From: Candidatus Oleihabitans oleiphilus
GTDB taxonomy: Bacteria; Atribacterota; Phoenicimicrobiia; Phoenicimicrobiales; Stramentimicrobiaceae
Reading direction: 5' to 3'
Assembly: GCA_018054125.1 (NCBI GenBank)
Contig: JAGPKD010000003.1
Coordinates: 1 to 50,687, forward strand
Length of the DNA stretch: 50,687 bases
Below are positions 1 through 10,397 of the stretch, piece by piece. The notes beneath the pieces are model-generated. The model saw nothing but the letters and a program-made list of their open reading frames with translations, had not been told where the DNA came from and searched no databases. Position 1 is the stretch's first letter; every line of letters begins with the position of its first letter. The position numbers and the translations under genes were made by a program.

Positions 1-404
1 TGGTGTAACAAGATATTCAAGGGGAATCCTTCCCCTTGAGATCCCCTGAATTAAAAGCAAAATATATTGTTATTTATTTATTAAATAATTTTATATTATC
101 TTGTAGTATCAGAATTTTTTTGAAATTCCGATACTACAAGATATTCAGGGAGCTTCGCCCCCTGAAACCCCTCAATTATCAGTATTGAGTATCTAGTATT
201 TAGTTTAAATGTTAGTTAAAAAATAAAGAAAAATTCCTTTTCAAGAGATGCATACCTTGTCTTGCTAAATTTTTTATAACAAATCAATCCTTTATATTTA
301 GGTATCGGAATTTAAATAATTCCGATACCTAAATATATTGTTTCTTATCTAAAAAGAGTATTTTATAGTATCAGAATTTTTTTGAAATTCTGATACTATA
401 AAAT
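1..404. repeat. Intergenic mosaic repeat array 1. Module order: D-tail, A, B, A', E, B', F, B.
   Basis: Modules by position: D-tail tggtgta 1-7; A hairpin tcaaggggaa-tcc-ttccccttga 17-39 plus cccctgaa to 50; B palindrome gtagtatcagaattt-N-aaattccgatactac 98-142; A' 144-166; E about 167-296; B' ggtatcggaattt..aattccgatacc 297-333; F ttatctaaaaagagtatt 331-362; B 361-404. The same modules recur at 6.9, 10.4, 20.1, 20.7, 28.6, 35.7 and 50.6 kb. Confidence 0.85.
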
Positions 405-574
405 AGCTTATTGGAAATCAAATTAAATTTCAAGTAGCATTAGCGGATAGGCCTATTAAAAAGAAGGTAAAATACTGTAAAATTATATTGATAAAGCTAA
501 CTTTCTATTACTACCTAAATAAAAAGATTAAACAAGTTCTGGAAGAAACGAATTAAGAAAGGCTCTTTTTTAAG

Positions 575-1879
575 CTAACTAATAACTAGTCGTATTATAG
601 GTTTTTTCTTTGGTTTTTTATCCCTAATATAAAAAGCCTTTTGTATATTATCTTTAATTAAATTATATCTATCTTCATCATTATAATGAATAGTAGCTAA
701 TACCTCATCAACATCAACCCAATCACCAATTTTCTTTTTTAGGACCACTCCCACAGATGGATCAATATAGTCATCTTTTTTCTTTCGTCCGGCACCCAAT
801 AACATAGCAACTTCTCCAACTATCCGAGCTTCTACTTTTTGAATATAACCCTTTTTATCAGAAAATACCTCTTTTTGAAATCTTGATCTGGGAAGTAAGG
901 AGGGATCTTTTATCTGTTTTATCTCTCCATTTTGATTTTCCACTATTTCTATTAATTTATTTAAAGCTTTACCATTTAAAATAAGTTCATCTAATAATTT
1001 AATTCCATCTTGTTGCGTTTTAACCATTCCACCAGCAAGGAGCATATAGGAACCAAGGACAAGGCATAATTCTCTTAAATCGGGCGGTCCTTGATTACGT
1101 AATAATGAGATAGCCTCTTCTATTTCTAAAGAATTACCAACTGCATAACCTAAAGGTTGATCCATAGAAGAGATAATTACATATGTTTTTTTGTTGTTAT
1201 TTTTGCCAATATTTACCATTATTTTAGCTAATGAGATAGCCTCATTAATTTTTTTCATAAAAGCTCCACTACCAACAGTTACATTAAGCACAAAGGCATC
1301 AGCACCACCAGCAATTTTTTTACTCATAATACTGCTAGCAATAAGTGGGATGGAATCTATAGTGCCAGTAACATCCCTTAAAGCATATATCTTTTTGTCA
1401 GCAGGGTCAATATTGACATTGGCACTTATAATAGAAGCTTTAATATTCTTTATATTTTCGATAAACTTTTCTATAGAAAGATTGGTTTGAAAATTTTTAA
1501 TCGATTCCAACTTATCGATAGTTCCACCAGTGTATCCTAAAGCACGTCCTGATATTTTGGGAACTGGAACACCTGCTGCGGCAACCATTGGTACCAGAGC
1601 TAGGGTTGTTTTATCTCCAACCCCGCCGGTACTATGCTTATCTACTTTTATGCCAGGTACCGAACTTAAGTCTAAAATATCACCAGAGCGAGCCATAGCC
1701 ATGGTGAGATCATTAATTTCCTGATAATTCATGCCATTAAACCAGATAGTCATGAGTAATGCCGACATCTGGTAATCTGGGATATTACCCTCTAAATATT
1801 CCTTAATGACAAAATTGATTTCTGCTGTATTTAAGGTGAAATTATTCTTTTTTTTCTCGATTATATCAATTATATCCAC
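575..1879 (-). CDS. pdp: Pyrimidine-nucleoside (thymidine) phosphorylase
   Basis: 434 aa ORF with a GTG start. Family motifs KHSTGGVGDKTT and SGRALGYTGGTIDKLES are present, and the length and C-terminal domain are typical of PyNP/DeoA. Confidence 0.93.
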   Translation of the reverse strand: MDIIDIIEKKKNNFTLNTAEINFVIKEYLEGNIPDYQMSALLMTIWFNGMNYQEINDLTMAMARSGDILDLSSVPGIKVDKHSTGGVGDKTTLALVPMVAAAGVPVPKISGRALGYTGGTIDKLESIKNFQTNLSIEKFIENIKNIKASIISANVNIDPADKKIYALRDVTGTIDSIPLIASSIMSKKIAGGADAFVLNVTVGSGAFMKKINEAISLAKIMVNIGKNNNKKTYVIISSMDQPLGYAVGNSLEIEEAISLLRNQGPPDLRELCLVLGSYMLLAGGMVKTQQDGIKLLDELILNGKALNKLIEIVENQNGEIKQIKDPSLLPRSRFQKEVFSDKKGYIQKVEARIVGEVAMLLGAGRKKKDDYIDPSVGVVLKKKIGDWVDVDEVLATIHYNDEDRYNLIKDNIQKAFYIRDKKPKKKPIIRLVIS

Positions 1880-1995
1880 GCTTCTTATTCTCTTTTTAAA
1901 CCTATTTTTTTATGTTTTAAATTATGATGAAAAATTTTACATGCCATTCTCTGTATTCTCTAAAGGTAAGATTTTTTAATTATTAGTCTAAATTA

Positions 1996-3960
1996 TTATA
2001 AAAATAACGGAATAAATACCAAAGACACAATTGACATTACTTTTATCAAAATATTCATGGAAGGACCAGCTGTGTCTTTAAATGGATCGCCCACTGTATC
2101 GCCAATTACCCCAGCCTGGTGTGCTGGAGAGTTTTTCCCACCATAATTTCCTTTCTCAATATACTTTTTAGCATTATCCCAAGCTCCCCCTGAATTAGCC
2201 ATCATAATGGCTAGAAAAACTCCTATAACTACCGAACCCAATAATAAACCACCCAATGCTTCAGGGCCAAGTATAATTCCTACTGCAATGGGTACAATAA
2301 CAGCTAATAATCCAGGAATAATCATTTCTTTTAAGGCCCCTTTAGTGCTGATATCAACACATTTCTCCGGTTCAGGTTTTGCTGTTCCTTCTTTCAAACC
2401 AGCAATTTCTTCAAATTGCCTCCTTACCTCTGTAATCATTAAAGAGGCAGTTTTACCAACTGCTTCTATAGTAATAGAGGAAAATAAAAATGGCAAAATA
2501 CCACCAATAAAAATACCAATCATAACCATGGGATTAGTTATACTAATAACACTTAGATTTACTGACTGGGCATAGGCGCTAAATAAGGCTAAAGCTGTTA
2601 AAGCCGCTGAACCAATAGCAAATCCTTTTCCAATAGCGGCCGTAGTATTGCCAACAGCATCTAAAGAGTCAGTAATATTACGAACTTCTGGTTTTAAACC
2701 TGCCATTTCAGCTATACCACCAGCATTATCAGCAATAGGGCCATAAGAATCAACGGATACAGTCATTCCCACGATAGATAGCATACCAACTGCTGCCACA
2801 GATATACCGTAAAATCCAGCAAAATAATTTGATAGATATATAGCGATGGAAATAACAATTACTGGTAAGGCAGTGCTTTTTAATCCCAAGGCAAATCCTT
2901 CAATAATGGTGGTAGCCGCTCCAGTTAAAGATGATTCTGAAATTCTTTTTACTGGGGAATAATCGTAAGAGGTATAATATTCTGTTATTAAGCCAATAGC
3001 TACTCCTGCTATTAAACCAGAAATAGTTGCCAGGAATATTAATATATTTCCAAATAGGGTATATGATAATATTAAAGATGATATAATCACTAAAATCCCA
3101 CTAATATAGGTACCCATATTTAATGCCTTGTGAATATTTTTATCATCTTTTGGTGATACAAAGAAGGTAGCAATAATTACTGAAATAACACCACAAGCTA
3201 CCAAAATTAGAGGATAAATAATATAGTTAATCGAATTATATAATAAATTCCCCAGAATCATACAAGAAATAATAGAGCCTACAAATGATTCAAATAAATC
3301 AGCCCCCATTCCAGCTACATCACCAACATTATCTCCCACATTATCAGCAATTACTGCTGGATTTCTGGGATCATCTTCGGGGATGCCTGCTTCAATCTTA
3401 CCAACTAAATCTGCTCCTACATCTGCAGCTTTGGTATAGATACCTCCTCCTACCCTGGCAAATAAAGCAATAGAACTGGCACCTAAAGCAAATCCATTTA
3501 TCAGATTTGGATCATCATAGAAATAATATAAAATCCCTAATCCCACCAAGCCAAAGCCAGATACTGATAAACCCATTACTGCTCCTCCTGAGAAGGCTAT
3601 TTTTAGAGCTCTACTTAAACCAAATTCCTGAGCAGCAAAAGTAGTCCTGGTATTGGCTTTGGTTGCTACTTTCATACCTATTAAGCCGGCTAAGGCAGAA
3701 CATACCGCACCAGTAATAAATGAAATGGCCGTTACATATCCTCTGACCCATAAAATAAATAATGCTACCACAATTACAAAAATTATTAAAATAGAATACT
3801 CTCTTCTCAGGAAAGTCATAGCTCCTTTTTCAATTGAACGGGAAAGATACTGCATTAATTCATTTCCTTCTTTTTCTTTTAAGACTTGTCTAGCCAGAAT
3901 CATGGCATAAAATAATGCTATTACCCCACTTAAAATCACCAATAATTTTAATATGACCAT
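1996..3960 (-). CDS. hppA: Membrane-integral ion-translocating pyrophosphatase, K+-dependent-type signature
   Basis: 654 aa polytopic ORF. Motifs [41 protein letters not shown] and [10 protein letters not shown] are present; [10 protein letters not shown] carries Ala rather than Lys at the K+-dependence position. SD aaggag lies upstream. Confidence 0.96.
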   Translation of the reverse strand: MVILKLLVILSGVIALFYAMILARQVLKEKEGNELMQYLSRSIEKGAMTFLRREYSILIIFVIVVALFILWVRGYVTAISFITGAVCSALAGLIGMKVATKANTRTTFAAQEFGLSRALKIAFSGGAVMGLSVSGFGLVGLGILYYFYDDPNLINGFALGASSIALFARVGGGIYTKAADVGADLVGKIEAGIPEDDPRNPAVIADNVGDNVGDVAGMGADLFESFVGSIISCMILGNLLYNSINYIIYPLILVACGVISVIIATFFVSPKDDKNIHKALNMGTYISGILVIISSLILSYTLFGNILIFLATISGLIAGVAIGLITEYYTSYDYSPVKRISESSLTGAATTIIEGFALGLKSTALPVIVISIAIYLSNYFAGFYGISVAAVGMLSIVGMTVSVDSYGPIADNAGGIAEMAGLKPEVRNITDSLDAVGNTTAAIGKGFAIGSAALTALALFSAYAQSVNLSVISITNPMVMIGIFIGGILPFLFSSITIEAVGKTASLMITEVRRQFEEIAGLKEGTAKPEPEKCVDISTKGALKEMIIPGLLAVIVPIAVGIILGPEALGGLLLGSVVIGVFLAIMMANSGGAWDNAKKYIEKGNYGGKNSPAHQAGVIGDTVGDPFKDTAGPSMNILIKVMSIVSLVFIPLFL

Positions 3961-4029
3961 TGTTATCCTGCTCCTTCTATTGTTTCTTTCTATTATTTAC
4001 CCATAAAAATAATTTTAAAAGGAATGCTT

Positions 4030-4079
4030 TATCACCCTCAGCCCTTTCCTCGCTGGAGAAGCTTGTGTTGAGGGTGATA
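4030..4079. repeat. Stem-loop with D-like arms in the hppA 5' leader
   Basis: An 11 bp inverted repeat, tatcaccctca (4030-4040) and tgagggtgata (4069-4079), shares the caccctca/gagggtg arms of repeat module D. Confidence 0.6.
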
Positions 4080-4179
4080 GCATATTACTACTTCTTTAAT
4101 TTTATCAATTCTTCTATATCTTCTATACTAAATTTTCCAATTAGAAGCTTAATTTATTTTTATTCTATCATAACCATTG

Positions 4180-4231
4180 AAAATAAAGGTGGTTTTTCCT
4201 ATTATTAATTTTAGAAAAGAAAAACCACCTT
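4180..4231 (-). terminator. Rho-independent terminator of ppdK
   Basis: On the minus strand, aaggtggtttttc (4231-4219) pairs with gaaaaaccacctt (4198-4186), followed by tattttc. Confidence 0.7.
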
Positions 4232-4278
4232 CAACCTGTATTTTAAATAATGTTATTATATAATATACCTACAGTATT

Positions 4279-6930
4279 TTAACTAATTTTTTGTTTTTCT
4301 TTTAAAACTGCCTGAGCTGCTGACAGCCTGGCAATAGGAACCCTGAAGGGAGAACAACTTACATAATTTAAACCTGCTCTATGGCAAAATTCAACCGAAT
4401 TTGGTTCTCCTCCATGCTCGCCACAAATGCCAATCTCTAAATTGGGATTAGTTTTTCTACCTAATTTGACTCCCATTTCCACTAATTGTCCCACACCATC
4501 AATATCAATTACTTCAAATGGATTTTCTTTTAGAATACCATCTTCAACATACTTTAATAAGAATTTCCCTTCGGCATCATCCCGACTGATTCCAAAAGTG
4601 GTCTGGGTTAGGTCATTGGTACCAAAAGAGAAAAATTCAGCTAATTGGGCAATCTCATCAGCAGTTAAAGCCGCCCTGGGTAATTCGATCATAGTACCAA
4701 TTTTATATTCTAAATCAATTTTTTCTCTGGTAAATATTTCTTCTGCTAACTGTTTTATACTATTATAAATTGGCTGTAGTTCATTAATATGACCAACCAA
4801 GGGTATCATAATTTCTGGTTTTACCTTAATTCCTTGTTTGGTTAGTTCTACGCTAGCTTCAAGAATAGCTCTTGCTTGCATTTCATATATTTCTGGATAA
4901 AGTAATCCTAAACGACAGCCTCTTAAGCCCAGCATGGGGTTCATTTCCTGTAACATTTTTATTCGTTCCAATATTTTTTCTTGCTTTTCCAGTTCTGCCT
5001 GATTATCTTTTTTTATTCTTAAAGTAGTAATTTTAACTAAGGTATCTTCGAAATTTGGCAGAAATTCATGTAAAGGTGGGTCTAATAGGCGAATAATTAC
5101 TGGCAGACCTTGCATTGCTTTTAAAATACCAATAAAATCACTTTTTTGCATAGGTAAAAGTTTATCAAGTTCAATCTGTCTCGCTTCTTTATGGTCAGCC
5201 ATAATCATAGCCTGCATGACCGGCAATCGCTCAGGTGCCATAAACATGTGTTCAGTTCTACATAAACCAATTCCTTCTGCTCCTAAATCTCTAGCCTTTT
5301 GAGCATCTTCTGGTGTATCTGCATTAGCATAAACCCCTAATTTTCTTATTTCATCAGCCCAAGAAAGGAACAGAGTAAATTCTTCGCTCATTTCAGGTTC
5401 TATCATAGGAACTATACCCTCATAAACATTACCACTTCCACCATCTATGGTTATATAATCACCCTTTTTAAAAATTTTATTGTTTACTTTAAATATTTCT
5501 TTTTCTAAATTAATTACTATTTCACTACAACCAGCTACACAAGGTTTACCCATTCCTCGGGCTACTACAGCAGCATGACTGGTCATCCCCCCCCGACTGG
5601 TTAAAGCTCCTTTTGCTTCAACCATACCATGAATATCGTCTGGAGTTGTTTCTGGTCTAACCAGGATAACCGCTTCACCTTTTTTACCCATTTCTTCTGC
5701 TTCATCTGCAGAGAATATCACCTTACCTGATGCCGCACCAGGTGAAGCTGGCAAACCCTTGGCAATGGGTTCTATCTCAGCTTTAGGATCAATCCTACGA
5801 TGAAGAAGTTGATTTAATTGCATCGGGTCTATTCTCTTTACCGCAGTTTCTTTGTCAATAATTCCTTCTCTGACCATATCAACGGCAATTTTTAGAGCTG
5901 CTTGGGCAGTTCTCTTTCCATCTCTGGTTTGGAGAATAAAAAGTTTACCTTTTTCAATAGTGAATTCATAATCCTGTACATCTTTATAATTTTTTTCTAA
6001 TAAATTTACTGTTTTAATTAATTCTTGGTATACTTCAGGTAGGTCGTTTTTTAATTCTTCCAGTGGTTTTGGTGTTCTTACCCCAGCCACTACATCTTCA
6101 CCTTGAGCATTTAAGAGATATTCGCCATAGTTTTCTTTTTCACCAGTAGAAGGATTCCGAGTAAAACCAACCCCTGTTCCAGAATCATATCCCATATTGC
6201 CAAAAACCATCTCCTGTACATTAACAGCAGTTCCTAAGTCGTCAGGAATCTTATTAACCCTTCGGTAGGTTATTGCTCTTTTGTTATTCCAGGACTTAAA
6301 TACGGCTTCTATAGCCATCTCAAGTTGCTTTTGGGGGTCCTCAGGAAAGGGTTTACCAGTCTCTTTTAAGACTAATTCTTTGTATTTTTTTACAATCTCT
6401 TGCAAACCCCCTACGCTTATCTCTGAATCAATTTCTACTTTTTCCTTTTCTTTCACTTCTTCTAAAATCTGCTCAAAAAGCTCACTTTTAATCCCCATTA
6501 CTACATTGCCAAACATTTGAATAAATCTTCGATAACTGTCATAGGCAAATCTTTCATCACCAGTTTTTTTAATTATTCCTTTTATAGTTTCATCATTTAA
6601 TCCTAAATTTAAAATGGTATCCATCATTCCTGGCATAGAAATAGCAGCACCTGAGCGAACTGAAACTAATAATGGATTATTAGCATCTCCAAAAATCTTC
6701 CCTGATTTTTTTTCCAGCTTATGAAGGTTTTCCTGAATTTGTCCCTGTATACTAGCGAGAAATTGCTTATTGTTTTTGGTATACTCTATACATGCTTCTG
6801 CAGTAATAGTAAAACCTGGTGGAACTGGTAAACCCATTCTGGTCATTTCAGCTAAATTAGCACCTTTACCACCCAGCAGTTTTTTCATATCTTTATTACC
6901 TTCATCAAAAAAATAGACATATTTTTTCAT
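4279..6930 (-). CDS. ppdK: Pyruvate, phosphate dikinase
   Basis: 883 aa. It has the ATP-grasp motif GGKGANLAEM, the phosphohistidine motif GGMTSHAAVVARGMGKPCV, and the PEP-utilising C-terminal motifs GLCRTEHMF and GICGEHGG. Confidence 0.97.
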   Translation of the reverse strand: MKKYVYFFDEGNKDMKKLLGGKGANLAEMTRMGLPVPPGFTITAEACIEYTKNNKQFLASIQGQIQENLHKLEKKSGKIFGDANNPLLVSVRSGAAISMPGMMDTILNLGLNDETIKGIIKKTGDERFAYDSYRRFIQMFGNVVMGIKSELFEQILEEVKEKEKVEIDSEISVGGLQEIVKKYKELVLKETGKPFPEDPQKQLEMAIEAVFKSWNNKRAITYRRVNKIPDDLGTAVNVQEMVFGNMGYDSGTGVGFTRNPSTGEKENYGEYLLNAQGEDVVAGVRTPKPLEELKNDLPEVYQELIKTVNLLEKNYKDVQDYEFTIEKGKLFILQTRDGKRTAQAALKIAVDMVREGIIDKETAVKRIDPMQLNQLLHRRIDPKAEIEPIAKGLPASPGAASGKVIFSADEAEEMGKKGEAVILVRPETTPDDIHGMVEAKGALTSRGGMTSHAAVVARGMGKPCVAGCSEIVINLEKEIFKVNNKIFKKGDYITIDGGSGNVYEGIVPMIEPEMSEEFTLFLSWADEIRKLGVYANADTPEDAQKARDLGAEGIGLCRTEHMFMAPERLPVMQAMIMADHKEARQIELDKLLPMQKSDFIGILKAMQGLPVIIRLLDPPLHEFLPNFEDTLVKITTLRIKKDNQAELEKQEKILERIKMLQEMNPMLGLRGCRLGLLYPEIYEMQARAILEASVELTKQGIKVKPEIMIPLVGHINELQPIYNSIKQLAEEIFTREKIDLEYKIGTMIELPRAALTADEIAQLAEFFSFGTNDLTQTTFGISRDDAEGKFLLKYVEDGILKENPFEVIDIDGVGQLVEMGVKLGRKTNPNLEIGICGEHGGEPNSVEFCHRAGLNYVSCSPFRVPIARLSAAQAVLKEKQKIS

Positions 6931-6974
6931 TGCTTTCTTCTCCTTATAAGAATTTATTTTTACAAATCAATAAG

Positions 6975-7290
6975 ATATTAAAGAGAGGTATCCCCTGAAA
7001 CCCCTCAAATATTAGTATTAAGTATAATAGTATTGAGTATATAGTAAATTTAGTTAAAAAATAAATAAAAATACCTTTCAAAGAAATTCTATCTTGTTTT
7101 CCTAACAAGATATCCAAGAGAAATTCTTCTTCTTTAACAATCCCTGAAATAACTTCAGGTTAGTGAATTTATTTTAACGATATACGTTATACGTAATACG
7201 ATATACGATTTTGTCATCATGAGTTATCCCCTGAAAAACCTCTACTATTAGCATTAAATATATAGTAAATTTTGGTTAAAATTTAGATAT
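6975..7290. repeat. Intergenic mosaic repeat array 2 (degenerate A'/E, G hairpin, degenerate A, C, A'/E fragment)
   Basis: Elements by position: gaggtatcccctgaaacccctcaa 6984-7008 followed by an E-like segment to about 7090; hairpin tatcttgtt-N6-acaagata about 7091-7112; degenerate A 7105-7150; C module aacgatatacgttatacgtaatacgatatacgattttgtcat 7175-7217; second tcccctgaaaaacctc plus E fragment 7225-7285. Confidence 0.8.
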
Positions 7291-7297
7291 TCATTAG

Positions 7298-9427
7298 TCA
7301 AGCACTTCCTTTAGAAAGGGCAATTTTTGTTAAATCTGCTACAGAAAAATATAAATTAGAGATAGACTTTAATAGAGACAGACGGTTGTTGCGAATTTTA
7401 TCATCTTCTACCATTACCAGAACTTCGTCAAAAAAAGTATCAATAGGCTTATTTATTATTTCTAAATTAGTAAAAATCTCTCCATATTGCTGCTTCAAGA
7501 ATAATTTTTCTATTTTATCTTTTACCTTAACATAGCAATCATAGAGCATTTCTTCTTCCTTTTCCTGAAAAAGAGAACAATCAATCTTAACTTCCTGAAT
7601 ATTTTTAGATAAATTATATGCTCTGGTAGCAGCAGTGATAGTTTTATTAAAATTTGGTAAATGATAAATATCTTGGATAATCCTTATCCGTAATAAAGCA
7701 TCAAAAATGCTCTCTGGATTTTTGGCTAATACGGCGTCAATAACATCATATTTATATCCTTTTTCTAAGAGCAGATAGCGAAAACGTTGAAAAATAAAAT
7801 CTTTAATAGTTTGAGTGTTAATGTTATTAATATGATTTTTTGATTCTAATCGACTCTTATTTATTAATTCTATTAATAGTTGAATATTTAAATCAATTAT
7901 TTCATCTATAGAAAAATGCATCTCATGAAGAAGAATAATATTAATAATCCCCAATGATTGTCTTCTTAAGGCATAAGGGTCTTGGGAACCATCAGGAATA
8001 ACATTATTTACAAAACAAGAAACAATATTGTCCAATTTATCAGCAATACTCAGAATACTACCAGTCAATGTTGTTGGGAAATTATCCCCTGAAAATCTGG
8101 GTAGATAATGTTCAAAAATAGTAATAGCAACCAGATTATCCTCTCCTTCCAGAAGTGCATATTCTTTTCCCATGATTCCCTGTAGTTCCGGAAACTCTTT
8201 TACCATTTCTGAAACCAGATCAGATTTGCATAATTGAGCAGCTCTCTTTAGTATTGGTAATAAATTATCACTAACTCCGAGTTGTTCTGCAATTTTTTGG
8301 GTCAAGACTATTAACCTTTGGACTTTATCATAAATAGTTCCTAAATTTTCATGAAAAATAACATTTTTTAATTTTTCTATATTTCGGTCTAAAGGTTTTA
8401 TATTTGGTTCGGTAGTTTTTTGGTCTTCCTGGTAAAAAAATCTGGCATCTTCTAATCTCGCCTTTAAAACTCGTTCATTACCTTGAATAATTGTAGTTTT
8501 ATACCTATCTTCATTGCCATTAATAACAACTGCAAAAAATGGTAATAAGTAATCATCTTTAGAATAGATAGGGAAATATTTTTGATGTTTTATCATTACT
8601 GCTGTTAATACCTCAGTAGGTAATTTAAGGTAATTTTCATCAAAGTTTCCCAGTAAAACCCTAGGAAATTCTACCAAATTTTTAACCTCTTCTAACAATG
8701 ATAGCTCTATATATTCTTTACCATTTTTATCTTTGATCAACTGCATAATCTGGTCATAAATCATTTTTTTGCGTTGATTAGGGTCAATTATAACAAATTG
8801 TTGTTTTATAGTGTGAAAATATTCATCAACATTATTTATTTTAATTGTTCCTGGTGAAAGTAAACGATGACCATAAGTAAGGCGTCCGGAATTTATATTT
8901 TCTAAATGGAATGAGATAATCTTATCATTATATAAAGCCAATAACCAGCGTATTGGTCTAATAAATCGCATTGAGGTAGTCCCCCAACGCATTGTTTTTG
9001 GTAAATCAATATTGCTAATTAAATTTAAACAAATTTCTGGTAATAACGATTTAGTTTTTTTACCTTTAATTAATTTTTTGGCAAATAGATATTCTCCTTT
9101 ATTGACTTTTTCAACTACCAGCTCTTCTAATTTTACCTGGTTAGCTTGGGCAAATTTAAAAGCAGGTTTTTGTGGCTTACCATCTTTACCAAAAGCAATT
9201 GTTACGGAAGGTCCTTTTATTTTTTGAAAAATATTTTTTTGTTGATCAGCAATGCCTTCAATATACATAATTAACCTTCTGGGAGTGGCAAATGCTTGAA
9301 TATTAATGAAATCAATATAATATTGCTTTAATAAATATTCAGTGTTACTTTTCATATTTTCTAAAATATTATCAATATAGAGAGCTGGAATTTCTTCAGT
9401 ACCAATTTCTAAAATAAATTTATTCAT
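7298..9427 (-). CDS. glyS: Glycyl-tRNA synthetase beta subunit
   Basis: 709 aa with N-terminus [14 protein letters not shown] typical of GlyS. It overlaps glyQ by 8 nt (translational coupling). Confidence 0.93.
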   Translation of the reverse strand: MNKFILEIGTEEIPALYIDNILENMKSNTEYLLKQYYIDFINIQAFATPRRLIMYIEGIADQQKNIFQKIKGPSVTIAFGKDGKPQKPAFKFAQANQVKLEELVVEKVNKGEYLFAKKLIKGKKTKSLLPEICLNLISNIDLPKTMRWGTTSMRFIRPIRWLLALYNDKIISFHLENINSGRLTYGHRLLSPGTIKINNVDEYFHTIKQQFVIIDPNQRKKMIYDQIMQLIKDKNGKEYIELSLLEEVKNLVEFPRVLLGNFDENYLKLPTEVLTAVMIKHQKYFPIYSKDDYLLPFFAVVINGNEDRYKTTIIQGNERVLKARLEDARFFYQEDQKTTEPNIKPLDRNIEKLKNVIFHENLGTIYDKVQRLIVLTQKIAEQLGVSDNLLPILKRAAQLCKSDLVSEMVKEFPELQGIMGKEYALLEGEDNLVAITIFEHYLPRFSGDNFPTTLTGSILSIADKLDNIVSCFVNNVIPDGSQDPYALRRQSLGIINIILLHEMHFSIDEIIDLNIQLLIELINKSRLESKNHINNINTQTIKDFIFQRFRYLLLEKGYKYDVIDAVLAKNPESIFDALLRIRIIQDIYHLPNFNKTITAATRAYNLSKNIQEVKIDCSLFQEKEEEMLYDCYVKVKDKIEKLFLKQQYGEIFTNLEIINKPIDTFFDEVLVMVEDDKIRNNRLSLLKSISNLYFSVADLTKIALSKGSA

Positions 9428-10304
9428 TATTTCTTACCAGTTTTAATAAGGGATAATTTAATGCCTCTCTTTTTTTAATATACAGCTGGGCGCATTGTCT
9501 TGCCAATTCCCTGACCCTTCCTATGTATCCTGTTCTTTCGGTAACACTAATTGCTCCCCTGGCATCTAAAAGATTAAAGGTATGAGAACATTTCAAAGTA
9601 TAATCATAGGCTGGGATAGGTAATTTTTTTAATATTAGCTGCTGAGCTTCTTTTTCAAACATACTAAACAAGCTAAAAAGCATCTTGGTATCTGCTTCTT
9701 CAAAATTATATCTTGATTGTTCAACCTCTATCTGGTGTTGTATTTCACCATAAGTAATATTGTTACTCCAGCATAGTTCATATATGTTATCTTTCTGTTG
9801 AACAATCATAGCCAGGCGTTCTATCCCATAAGTAATTTCAATAGGTATAGGGTTCAAATCAATACCACCAGCTTGTTGAAAATAGGTAAATTGGGTAATC
9901 TCTAATCCATCTAAAACTACTTCCCATCCTAATCCCCAGGCACCCAAAGTTGGTGCCTCCCAATCTCCTTCCATAAATCTAATATCATGTTCTTTTCTAA
10001 AAATACCGATTTTTTCAAGACTCTTTAAATATAAATCTTGAATATCTTCTGGAGAGGGTTTAATAACAACTTGAAATTGATAATGCTGTTGGACACGATT
10101 GGGATTTTCACCATAACGACCGTCAGCTGGCCTTCTAGATGGTTCAACATAGGCAGTACTCCATGGTTCTGGCCCTAAAACCCTTAAAAATGTAGCTGGA
10201 TTCATAGTTCCAGCCCCTACTTCTGTACCATAAGAGGTAAGTATAACACAACCTTTTTTACTCCAATATTTCTCCAAATTAAAAATAATTTCCTGGATAT
10301 ACAC
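9420..10304 (-). CDS. glyQ: Glycyl-tRNA synthetase alpha subunit
   Basis: 294 aa with a GTG start. It contains the highly conserved [16 protein letters not shown] and [18 protein letters not shown]. Confidence 0.95.
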   Translation of the reverse strand: MYIQEIIFNLEKYWSKKGCVILTSYGTEVGAGTMNPATFLRVLGPEPWSTAYVEPSRRPADGRYGENPNRVQQHYQFQVVIKPSPEDIQDLYLKSLEKIGIFRKEHDIRFMEGDWEAPTLGAWGLGWEVVLDGLEITQFTYFQQAGGIDLNPIPIEITYGIERLAMIVQQKDNIYELCWSNNITYGEIQHQIEVEQSRYNFEEADTKMLFSLFSMFEKEAQQLILKKLPIPAYDYTLKCSHTFNLLDARGAISVTERTGYIGRVRELARQCAQLYIKKREALNYPLLKLVRNNE

Positions 10305-10397
10305 CTTAACAATCCCTTTAATATTTATTATCTTAGTCTTTAATAATCTTTTCTTTGAATATTATTTTTAGTTTTAAATTTTCTTCTTTAAAATTCT

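Noticed and set aside
98-142. B-module palindromes as Rho-independent terminators
   Set aside because: The T/A run sits in the loop rather than after the stem, and the stems are followed by aagatatt. Genuine terminators in the window (4180-4231, 20301-20334, 29380-29426, 38571-38606) are separate structures. A role in transcript 3' end protection is not excluded, but it cannot be called from sequence.
3960-4208. 82 aa plus-strand ORF between hppA and ppdK
   Set aside because: It runs through the hppA leader hairpin and the ppdK terminator. It is low-complexity (F/S/I/Y-rich), has no SD sequence, and resembles no protein family I recognise. It is an AT-rich chance ORF.
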